Made by a program: the position numbers and the translations under genes
Source of the DNA: a virus
Lineage: Duplodnaviria > Caudoviricetes
Length of the DNA: 64,000 nt
Virus record (IMG/VR): IMGVR_UViG_3300047160_004786
Coordinates: 1 to 64,000 of that record
Reading direction: 5' to 3' (one strand)
The notes under the pieces: model-generated
Seen by the model: the letters and a program-made list of their open reading frames with translations, nothing else
Database searches by the model: none
Told to the model about the DNA's origin: nothing
In this document: in pieces, positions 55,045 through 64,000 of the stretch
Layout of the letters: every line of letters starts with the position of its first letter
Numbering within the stretch: position 1 is the stretch's first letter

Positions 55045-55246
55045 CCGGGCGGCGTTCGAGCGGTGGTTCGAGGAGCGGTTCGGCAGGCCTTCGACCTCCG
55101 AGGCGGCGGCTGTCCGGCCTCACCGTGACTTGCTCTGGGCGGCCTGGGTCGCCGGGTTCGATAACGGCTACACCCACGCCTCGGTCTTCGCCAAGCTCCG
55201 CGAGATGGGCCTGCGTTCGTCCAGGGAGGACGCCGATGCCTCGTGA
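55034..55246 (+). CDS. Small hypothetical protein
   Basis: AAGGAGAG RBS, DRAAFERWF motif. Confidence 0.55.
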   Translation: MQADRAAFERWFEERFGRPSTSEAAAVRPHRDLLWAAWVAGFDNGYTHASVFAKLREMGLRSSREDADAS

Positions 55247-55460
55247 CGTGATCGACGTGGCCAGCGATCCCGACGTGCAGAGCCTCCAGGCGTTCGAGCG
55301 GTGGTTCCTGGCTCAGTCCCAGATCGAGCATGGGGGACAGTCGCCCATCGACATGCTGACGCACTACGAGGCATGCTGGAGGGCTTGGCGGGCCTCCGAG
55401 GCCCGGTCCATGGGCCACGCGGTCTGCACCCGCTGCGGCGGGACCGGCCTGGAGCCGTGA
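55236..55460 (+). CDS. Small hypothetical protein with a C-terminal CxxCxGxG
   Basis: GGAGGA RBS. Confidence 0.55.
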   Translation: MPRDVIDVASDPDVQSLQAFERWFLAQSQIEHGGQSPIDMLTHYEACWRAWRASEARSMGHAVCTRCGGTGLEP

Positions 55461-55660
55461 ACGCCGTTCGTGCAGAGGGGGACCGGGGCCTGCCGCCGGC
55501 CGGGGCCTGGGCCGAGGCCTCGGGGGCCGGGTGGCCTCGCGGAAAAGTGCCCAGGCGGCGGAGTCCCATGGTGCAGCACACCGACAAAATTTCCCTCCCC
55601 CAAAATCTTGCAATTTCGTGACGGCCATGCTTATTTGTGACTTCTAGAGAGGGAGAAAAC

Positions 55661-55795
55661 ATGAAAACACTACTTGTGGCGACGATCCTGACTGTGGTTG
55701 CGATCATGACCATGGTTGAGGTCAAGGCCGGGAACTGCCGGACCACTTGTGAGAGGCAGGGCAATCAGGTGGTTTGCAACCAGTATTGCTATTGA
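55661..55795 (+). CDS. 44-aa signal-peptide, 4-Cys miniprotein
   Basis: GAGGGAG RBS. MKTLLVATILTVVAIMTMVEVKA-GNCRTTCERQGNQVVCNQYCY, followed by a hairpin and T-tract. Confidence 0.65.
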   Translation: MKTLLVATILTVVAIMTMVEVKAGNCRTTCERQGNQVVCNQYCY

Positions 55796-55803
55796 GGGGT
55801 GGG

Positions 55804-55833
55804 CGGCGGGGCTGTGGGGCCTCGCCGTTTTTT
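55804..55833 (+). terminator. Intrinsic terminator
   Basis: CGGCGGGG...CCTCGCCG followed by TTTTTT. Confidence 0.55.
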
Positions 55834-55848
55834 CCTTGAGGCCCAGCC

Positions 55849-58765
55849 ATGAGGAAGCCTGATCCTGCGACCTGGGTATTCGACAGGGGTCTCAGTCCTG
55901 TTACGGGACGGAGGACGACGTTACTGGGCGATGAGTTGGGGCCTGTCATCAGTGAGTTCATTGCGATGCTTGACAGGCATGAGCCTCTTGTTCAACAGCA
56001 GATCATCGAGCTTCTTCTGGCGGCCCATGCGTTCAGGATGCCTGATCATGAGTGGGCGAACCTTGTGATAGACGGGATACACAAGCATGCGAGGCAGATA
56101 GTGGCTCAGTGGGCGGATGAGAGTTGGGCGGATGAATGAGAACCTGCAATTTGCTCGTGAGTTGGCGGATTTTCGGGATCGGGTATCTCGGTCTCATCTT
56201 GTGATGAGGGATGCGGTCAGGCAGTATGTGGCGATGATGGATGCAATTGGGGTTGGGTTTGCCCTTTATTATGAGGACATGACGCATGGGGAGAGGGCTG
56301 AGATGAGGATTGCGTTTGAGAAGTTGAGGGAGGCGGTGAAAGTTTTTGCTGAGGACAATGTTGTTCCGTTGAGGACCGGACGTGAGTGAGGATGAGCGTC
56401 GTCGGTTCGAGGCTTGGTGGGTCAACGCCCATCACATTGGGTGGCCTCACTGGGTTCGGTCAGACGGCTCGATCTGGATGGACCACAGGTGGATGATACC
56501 GGAGAGGCTTGTTCGTAATGGTGAGGGTTACAGGAACCTTGCGGCCCAGGCGGCCTGGGTGATGTGGAGGGAGAGGCATGGGTTGCAGTAGGGTTTATCC
56601 GGGTGTGGAATTTTTTCAAGGACGGAACATGCTCAATCACACCGGGTTTCTGCAACTGTCACAGCAGCAGATGTCTCAGGCTCTTGAGCCGCCCATGGCG
56701 GTAAATATGGCTAATCCTGACCCGCCTCGGGTTGAAGACATGCTTCCGGCCGGCTGGGCTGATTGGTTCGATGCAGCATTTGAGGGTTGGTGGCTGTGAG
56801 GTCGTCTCGATTGGCGAAGAATGGAGAGGGTGATGACGAAGGTGAGTGATCTGCGTCCCGGGCGGCGGGCACCGACTGTGGATGATGCAAAGAAGGTTCA
56901 GAAGCTGGAGGATCATTTGAAGGCTCTGAGGCATGAAATGAAATTTTTCAGCAGGGAAGTGTTATTGAAGGAGATAGCGGACACCGAGGCGGCGATTGTC
57001 GAGTTGGGGTTTGCGTTCTCGAAGGACAAGTGATGGGAAAGGAGCCGGTCTCGCCCTTTCTGGAGAGAGGAGTGGATCATGAAGATAGAGTATGTTCCCG
57101 CATGGTTGACTATAAATGATATCAAGGATCATCGAAAGGTTATTATCAGGTGTTTGGATGATTTGTTTTTGGATCGTCAGGAATCGATGGGCAAGGACCG
57201 GCCTGTCGGGGAGCTTATGGCGATCACTGGGGAGATAGCGTCTGTTGAGAGGGCTTTGGTTGATCTCATGAGGTGGGAGGAGCAACTGAGTGGGGCTGTT
57301 ACTGTCACGCCGGCTGTTCCTGTTGGAGGCACCTTGGTTGCGACTGGGGTGACGTTGACGCATTTGAGGTACGCCTGTCGGGGGATGACCCTCTTCGATG
57401 TCAACGGGCATGACCGGAACGTGGTGGTAAGCATGTCGCCGTCGAACTGGGATGTCATTTGCAGGTTCATCGAGGGGAAGTGATGGGGTGAATGATGGGT
57501 TGCTCCGTCTGCGGTTCCGGTTGGCACACGTCGGATGAGCATGGAGGTCGGCCGATGTCTCGTGATATCGTTGATCGAGGCGTCTGAGGAGATCAGGAGG
57601 TTGAGGCTTATGATACGTGAGGGCACGGTCTCGGTGCTGTTTGACCCGGTGATTGTGGTTCCGCCGGGAACGGTGGTTCCGCCGGGTGGAGGGTCTGGGT
57701 GATGTGGCATCGATTGGAGCCGGTCTATTATTCCTGGCTGTATCCCAGGATGCGGAGGGCCAGGGCATTTACCGTGCGGATGTGCATGGTGATGGCTGGC
57801 CGTGAGAGACCGTGGAACCGACCTTGGAGGCCGGTCTATCGCAACAGGCTCTGAGGGGCCTCCCGGTGCCTCGCCAGTGTGGAGGGTTGTCGGGGTAGCC
57901 TTTCCCCCGGAGACCCCGCCGCAACGCACTGGCGAGGCTCCTGGGGGCCTTTTGGGAGGGCTGGGATGGGTGACAAGGATGTGGCGGCGGCGATTGATGC
58001 GGCGGCGGTAGCTGTATTCATGGAGATGGACAGGCTGACGGACAGGGAGCTTTGCCTGCGTGTGGCCAGGGCTGCGGTCGAGGCTTACAAGGAGGCTTTG
58101 TATCAGGCGTATAGTCGGGAGATGGACCTGGGGAATGAAGAGCGGGCGATTGAGATCGTGCGTCATGCGTTCGATCCGCCTCGAATACGAATAAATCCCA
58201 CACCGATATCGTGACACCGCCGTAGAATATGCTAGGCTTATGGTCCCCGACCACCGGGCCAAGGTGGCACCATAGGAGACCAGCCATGTTCAGTGAAGAG
58301 AAGAGCGAAGGCGAGCCGTTGCCTGAGAAGAAGCCGGTCGAATTGAAACATCGGACGATCACCCTGACCAATCGAGCCCCAATAGATATTGTGGAGGATG
58401 AGTGGCCTGTCGTTGCGGACGGGACGGACGGTTATGAGCATCCCGGCGGGGCCGACCTTGAGAGTTGGCGGATGAACATCCGGGTCAGGAGGGAGACGAA
58501 GGTATTCGATGAGTTGGAATATGGCCACCGCTATATCATTCATGCCGGGTATGAATACTACATGGATAATCGTCTGGACCTGTGTCAGAAGGTTCGGGTT
58601 GGCCGTGTTTTGAACCATCCTGACACTGCCAATGATGTTTGGAATGCCATCTTGGGTGTTGGCGAGGAGTTACGGTCTCGGATTGAGATCGAGAGTTTGC
58701 GTGCAAAGGTGACCGGGATTGTGGACCGGTGCTTTGCCAAGCTGAAGCCTATCAGCAATTGGTAG
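55849..58765 (+). other. Run of small coupled phage hypothetical genes (e.g. 55849-56139, 56132-56389, 56382-56591, 56821-57033, 57079-57483, 57966-58214, 58286-58765)
   Basis: Overlapping start/stop codons and purine-rich RBSs. No recognisable families. Confidence 0.55.
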
Positions 58766-59040
58766 GATTGATAGGGCGAGGTCCAGTAGCCTCGCTCTTT
58801 TCCATGAGGGCAGTTATGGGATGGAACGATCACGTCGAGTATCTCGAAACCGAGTGCCTTGACTGCGGTCAGGTCGATGACTGGGAGTACTGGGACGAGG
58901 TTGGCAAGCAGCGTTATGTTGGTGGGGTTGGTGCCCTTCTAGGTCAGGACGCCACCAAGTCCAATAAGTGTCCTCACTGCGGTTCAACGAAAGGTCGGAT
59001 CGTAGAAGAAGACGAGAATTATTACTGAAGGGAGGCGATC

Positions 59041-59265
59041 ATGGGCTACATGGACATCATGGACCCGACGGGTCACACCAAGCACATCTGGGATGCGAAC
59101 AACGAGGACGAGGTTGAGGCGGCCAGGACGATCTACGATGCTCTGAAGGACAAGGGATACCGGGCCTTTCATGTCAAGAAGGACGGAAAGGAGGGTCACT
59201 TGATGGACGAGTTCGACCCGGATGCGGAGAAGATGATCCTCACGCCGCAGTTGAAGGGCGGGTGA
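59041..59265 (+). CDS. 74-aa protein ending in Gly-Gly, possibly beta-grasp (ubiquitin-like)
   Basis: GGAGG RBS, apparent beta-beta-alpha-beta-beta-beta pattern, C-terminus ILTPQLKGG. Confidence 0.5.
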   Translation: MGYMDIMDPTGHTKHIWDANNEDEVEAARTIYDALKDKGYRAFHVKKDGKEGHLMDEFDPDAEKMILTPQLKGG

Positions 59266-59266
59266 C

Positions 59267-59917
59267 ATGGCAATGGCCTATGTTAGCAGCAACACCAGCG
59301 GGAATGTCATCTGGCCTATCTGGTGCAGCAACCTCAACAACACCAACCAGACAGCCATATTCTCCAATTCGGCCTGGACAATTTGGAACCAAGCTCCAAT
59401 CCAGGCTCCGACCGTTGTCAAGTCGGATACCGGCGAAACGTGGATCATTTGGAGTGGCATGTCGAACCAGACGGGTTCGACTATCCCGCTTGCGATGGCG
59501 GTGCCGCAGGCGAGCATTCAGCCGGCAAGAGTATTGTCTGAGCACGTTGCTGTGGCGAATGCGGACTGGGAGCGGAGACAAGTAGAGCAGCGGGTCTATG
59601 CGGAGGCCCGCAAGGCGGCGAACGACAAGGCTCATGGGTTGCTTCTGGAGCACCTCGACAACCGGCAGCGACGTTCGCTCTCTAAGCGTGGGTGGTTCCA
59701 GGCTAGGGGCGGGCTGACCGGACGGCAGTACAAAATCCATGGTGACCGCTGTGCCGGGAACATCATCGAGCTTGAAGGGCGTAAGGAGGTTGCCCAACTG
59801 TGCGTCCACGCCGACCATTCGATCCCGTTGGGGGATCAGTTGCTGGCCCAGTTGCTGCACATCCAGCATGATGAGGAGTTTCTGTTGAGGAGGGCGAACC
59901 GGACGGTGCTGCATTGA
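59267..59917 (+). CDS. Phage protein coupled to the GG-ending gene (LCVH..GD..LAQ..DE.F..AN domain)
   Basis: Starts 2 nt after the upstream stop. Low-complexity Trp/Asn N-terminus and a globular C-terminus. Confidence 0.6.
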   Translation: MAMAYVSSNTSGNVIWPIWCSNLNNTNQTAIFSNSAWTIWNQAPIQAPTVVKSDTGETWIIWSGMSNQTGSTIPLAMAVPQASIQPARVLSEHVAVANADWERRQVEQRVYAEARKAANDKAHGLLLEHLDNRQRRSLSKRGWFQARGGLTGRQYKIHGDRCAGNIIELEGRKEVAQLCVHADHSIPLGDQLLAQLLHIQHDEEFLLRRANRTVLH

Positions 59918-60629
59918 AAACGAGGGTCCCGTTCCGGCTGATTGAGATGCCGTGCTGTCACATGTTGGTTTGCTGGGTGAACCCACGCATACCAAATTAT
60001 TGTCTTGAGTGTGGAACGCACGTGTTCCTCAAACTGAAGTTCGAGGGGATGCTTCCTGACGCACAGGAGGCTTGGTTGACGATCAAAGAGAGGGTAGAGA
60101 CTTGAGAACTGTGCGGTTTACTTATCGAACCGGAAAACCTGCATGCGGTGAGCCGGATGAATATGGATGGTCGTGTTGCGGTCATCCTGACAATTGTGTG
60201 AGAACAAGAGAGGCAACAGATGGACCGGATCGAAGCGGCGAGCAAGGCGGCGTGCAGGCATCAGGGGGCGGACTGGGAGACGGTCAGCCCTGAGATCAAG
60301 GACATGTATCGAGGACTGGTGAGTAAAATCCTCGATGCCTGGAAGGCCGAGAAGAAGAACGGCAAGGGCAAGAAAAAGAAGAAGGACAAGAAACGTGAGT
60401 GAGATCACTGGACGCAAGGATGAGGCTGAGAGCCTTGTGAAATTTACGAGGCACTATTTCGGCTTGTCTCCACCGGAAGCTGTCACGGCACTCGTGCGTG
60501 CGACTAACATCATCATCGATGAGTTGGATGACGAGGCCCGCGACAGAATCATCGCCGTCATCATCCATATGCTGGGCACACGCGAGAGGGATAGGAATTA
60601 GGTGAGGGGCTCCCGTAGGAGCCCACTCG

Positions 60630-60878
60630 TTATCGATAGGCGTCTAGCCACAAGTCAGCGAGCGGCAACTCGCTGTCCCTGACCAAGCGGAGGAACCGCT
60701 CAGCCTTATCTATGGCCTCGAACGTCTCGGAGCCGGTTTCAAGGTCGCCGGTTTGCAGGACGGTCGTCCACCGTTCCGGGTTGCGAGGATCCCGGTAGAC
60801 GACCTTGACCTTGACCTTTCGCTCTTGGTTGACCCAGGAGCCCTCCAGTTCGATTTCGAACCGGTTTCGGTCGAGCAT
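60630..60878 (-). CDS. Small hypothetical protein
   Basis: AGGAGGTG RBS on the - strand. Confidence 0.6.
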   Translation of the reverse strand: MLDRNRFEIELEGSWVNQERKVKVKVVYRDPRNPERWTTVLQTGDLETGSETFEAIDKAERFLRLVRDSELPLADLWLDAYR

Positions 60879-61076
60879 TCTTTTTCACCTCCTTTCCGTT
60901 GGAGCTTGCCAACGGGAATAAGTTGTAGCCTAATTCGTGACGCGGCGGGCGGGCCGCAAGCTTGCGAGAAGGAGGAGGCGGCAGTGAGGGCTACACATTG
61001 GGATAACAACGAGGAGGGGCTGGCTGGGTCTCGTGCGGCCCCCAGGGGGACCATAGGGTCGCCTTTGGAGGCACCC

Positions 61077-61466
61077 ATGCCTCCGACCAGACCGGCCAGG
61101 AAAACGCCCCAGTGGGGCTCCCAGGCGGTCTGGATAGGAGCTGTGGCCTTCCTGGGCCTGGGGCTGGTGAGCATGGCGGTCTATTCGTCTCGCCAGGACC
61201 GCGAGATTAACCGCCTGGAGGTGGATGTGTTCGACCTCCAGAAGCAGACCGTCACCCTCAACCGGCTGGTGATCGACCTGTCCGGCCGGCTGGAGGCCAT
61301 CGAGCGGGGACCGAGGGTTGTCCCCACCCAGGTGGTGCAGCCCGCCAAGCCGGACGAGACGACCCGGCGGGAGGTCGCGGAGGTGAAGGCGGCTGTCCAA
61401 GAACAAGGGCAAAAGCTGGACGCTGTGCTGGATGGGCTTAGGAACGTGCGAGGGAGGCGACGATAA
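61077..61466 (+). CDS. Membrane-anchored coiled-coil protein
   Basis: GGAGG RBS, TM helix AVWIGAVAFLGLGLVSMAVY, then a coiled coil. Confidence 0.6.
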   Translation: MPPTRPARKTPQWGSQAVWIGAVAFLGLGLVSMAVYSSRQDREINRLEVDVFDLQKQTVTLNRLVIDLSGRLEAIERGPRVVPTQVVQPAKPDETTRREVAEVKAAVQEQGQKLDAVLDGLRNVRGRRR

Positions 61467-61873
61467 TGAGGGAGATCTACGTGCTGGCCTATAACGGTGG
61501 ATACGAAGGCTGGTCTGGGCCAGTACAAGCATTTCTGGATGAGGCGGAAGCATTTGGTTTTGCCAAGCAGGCTGGATTGGAAGTTTTCAAGGTTCCGGTT
61601 TGGCCCGCTGTAAATGACAAGCTGCATTGGGAGGTTGGGCCTGTGGAGAGACAATGATGAAGAAGGCTGAGATCAACGCTCTTGGGCGAGTGTTTGCGGC
61701 TGAGGTTAACGGTCGTCTGCCGTACCAGTCAAAGTCCAGGATCTTCACCGAGTTACAGGCTGCTGGCTTGGTTGCCCCAGTGGAATACATTTTTCCTGGG
61801 AGGTTTTTGGTGAAGGGGTGGCAGTTAACGCATGCGGGACGGTACTTTTATTGCAGTCAGTGTTGAGGATGCG

Positions 61874-62521
61874 ATGATGAGTGATTGGCGAGAGAAGATG
61901 CCGGATCGGATCAAGCGGTTGCCGCAGGACGAACGCGGATTTCCAGTGCCGTGGTTTGTAGCCTGGATTGATGACGTACCGGATTTCCGGGTCGTTGACA
62001 CGCCCAAGATCGGCATAGCGGTCAAGCAGCATCGCTGTTTTATCTGTGGCGAGCGGCTTGGGCAGCATCTGGCGTTCGTGGTGGGACCGATGTGTACGAT
62101 CAGCCGGACGGTCCCGGAGCCGCCGTCGCATCGTGGGTGTGCGGAGTTTTCAGCGAAGGTCTGTCCGTTCCTGTCAAAGCCGAGGATGCGAAGGAACGAG
62201 AAGGATCTCCCGGAAAATAAGAAGGCCCCGGCCGGGATTATGATCCCCAGAAATCCTGGCGTTGTGTGCCTTTGGGTGACGAGGCATTTTCGACCGTACA
62301 AGGCCCAGCATGGGGTCCACGGGGTGTTGTTTGAGATCGGGCTTCCTGAAGAGGTCGAATGGTATGCGGAGGGGAGGAAGGCGACCAGAGACGAGATCAT
62401 GCATTCCATTGACACCGGCCTTCCGATTCTGCGGGGGATGGCTGAGCAGGATGGGCCGGACGGACTTGCGGCGTTCGATAAACTGAGGCTGGAAGCGTTG
62501 AAGTTGGTGCCAGCGACCTAA
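61874..62521 (+). CDS. Cys/His-rich phage protein
   Basis: RGFPVPWFV..CFICG..EPPSHRGCA..CPFL. Confidence 0.7.
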   Translation: MMSDWREKMPDRIKRLPQDERGFPVPWFVAWIDDVPDFRVVDTPKIGIAVKQHRCFICGERLGQHLAFVVGPMCTISRTVPEPPSHRGCAEFSAKVCPFLSKPRMRRNEKDLPENKKAPAGIMIPRNPGVVCLWVTRHFRPYKAQHGVHGVLFEIGLPEEVEWYAEGRKATRDEIMHSIDTGLPILRGMAEQDGPDGLAAFDKLRLEALKLVPAT

Positions 62522-62824
62522 AGGAAATGACGGACCCCCGCGTGCCAAGAGGGGGTCCGGTCCTGATGCTAATGGACCGCGTAGGATTTCTTCCCGTCAT
62601 TGGGCTATCAGGACTGATCGATAATGCCGAGTTAATTGGACAAACACAAGAGTTTTCGCCCGGGTTCAGGACGTTCCGGGGCGGAAAGGGCGGTACACGC
62701 CGCCGACAGGATGAGCTAGGGAGTTCCGACGGAGCAATACGAGCCCTGCTTGTCTATAACGGGGGCTGGACATGGCAAGCCTGACTGGCCCCAGCCCCCG
62801 ACGTGTTTGTGCTATGATCGATTC

Positions 62825-63193
62825 ATGAAGGCCGAGATCCTTGCTCTAACTCTAATGGTGGCCCCGGTTCAGTGGCAACCGTCTCAACCGTATCAGCCAC
62901 CTTGTTATTACGATTGGCAGTGCGGCACCCAGGGAATTGCCCCCAAGAAATCCAAGGCGATGCCGCGTGAGTTGAAGACGCAGGAGAGAGAGAGGAAGGC
63001 CAAACCCAAGCGGGTCGAGAAGAAGAGGAAGCACCTGGGCCGGGATGAGTGGCGGCGACGGATCGGAGATGACATAGCGAATTTCTGTGGGATGTGGCCG
63101 GAAGACCCGGCGTGCAAGAGGACTGATCCGCTCGCTAATCCTCAGACTGGCCCAGAGGAGAAACCGGGGGAGTCGCATGATAACGGTCACTGA
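62825..63193 (+). CDS. Small exported-like hypothetical protein
   Basis: Hydrophobic N-terminus, FCGMWPEDPAC. Confidence 0.45.
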   Translation: MKAEILALTLMVAPVQWQPSQPYQPPCYYDWQCGTQGIAPKKSKAMPRELKTQERERKAKPKRVEKKRKHLGRDEWRRRIGDDIANFCGMWPEDPACKRTDPLANPQTGPEEKPGESHDNGH

Positions 63194-64000
63194 GGACGAT
63201 ATTGCTCGTATGCATGCGGACAACGAGAACACTCAGGCTCGTGGCCTTGAGGAACGTCAGGCTACACTTTGGTGGCAGCACGAGTGGTTCTGGCGGCCGG
63301 ATCGCTGGTATGAGATCGGGACTGACCAGTATGCAAAGTGTCTGCGGTGGAATGCGTTCTGGTCTCGTGTGAGCCAGATGCAGGCGGTTGGCCAGTACGA
63401 TCAGGCTGTGGCATTTCTGCGGGAGAATCGGGGAGTCACGCCATGACGACATTTATTATGATTGTTTTCGAGCTTTTCATTTTTGGCTTTGATTTGGATG
63501 AGCCGGAATACAATCGTGTCTATGGAGCCTTCCAGGGTGTGGCTCGGCAGATCCTTATCAAGGAATGGGCACGTGCGTGAGCATGTCTTTTGTGCGATTT
63601 TCGTTTTGATTCTTCTGGTCAGTGTGGCTGTCTGGTTGGATTATTACGTTGTTGAGAAGATTTTTAAGGACAAGCGTGAGAGGATTGAGGCTGAGAGGCG
63701 GAAGAGTGGGGATGGCGTTGATGGTGGTGGTTGTATATGATGGGTGTGCCACTCGTCGTGGTGACGCGGAGTCGGTTGGCCCCCAGCCCCAATTCCCCCC
63801 GGCTGACTTCGCGTCTGATTTTGGAATGAAATGAGGTGGCGGTGCCTTTCAATGCCTTCAGAGCCTACCTCGGCTGATACTTGAGAAAAGTAAAGACGCT
63901 TGCGAAGGCTCCCTTCAGCCAACCGGACGTAGTAACTAAGCCGGTCCCAGTCCCGACGGACGGCTGGGATGCTATCTCTCCCCTTGCCGACATGGACCCC

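Noticed and set aside
1-64000. Self-targeting of TIGR guides within this window
   Set aside because: Only a handful of A+rc(B) 18-mers were checked by eye and none matched. An exhaustive search was not possible, so this is untested rather than disproved.
1-64000. Prophage or integrase, rRNA, tRNA genes
   Set aside because: No recombinase, att site, host housekeeping genes or canonical structural RNA genes were recognised in the window.

Overview
The window is a 64-kb stretch of a tailed-phage genome, GC-rich and with a P22-like portal and head module. An alphaproteobacterial soil host is inferred. No integrase, lysin or complete tail module is visible, so the genome probably extends beyond the window. 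Layout: terminase large subunit (153-1676, +); a minus-strand recombination operon (about 9.5 kb to 1.7 kb); replication and regulation genes including RuvC, an MT-A70 methylase, a SNF2 helicase, SSB and a cold-shock protein (9.6-20 kb, +); six consecutive signal-peptide genes ending in a GH74-like protein (20-27 kb); portal, scaffold and a major capsid gene split by a group I intron carrying a GIY-YIG endonuclease (27-43 kb); about 20 small minus-strand genes separated by a conserved hairpin motif (43-51 kb); and a plus-strand run of small genes including a TerS-like gene (52-64 kb). The standout is a TIGR-Tas RNA-guided locus. Three arrays of 36-nt dual-repeat units (transcribed strand TGCCA-9nt-AGAAACCCA-9nt-AGCG, about 60 units by hand count) accompany a nuclease-less Nop/IS110-like TasA gene and sit in the same operon as ERF, YqaJ exonuclease and a DUF968-like nuclease. 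TIGR-Tas as a class is published; TasA function, spacer acquisition and this operon coupling are, to my knowledge, unresolved. The second major signal is a roughly 12-copy intergenic stem/internal-loop/stem motif bracketing single small genes like cassettes. Protein family calls come from motif recognition by eye, not database searches.
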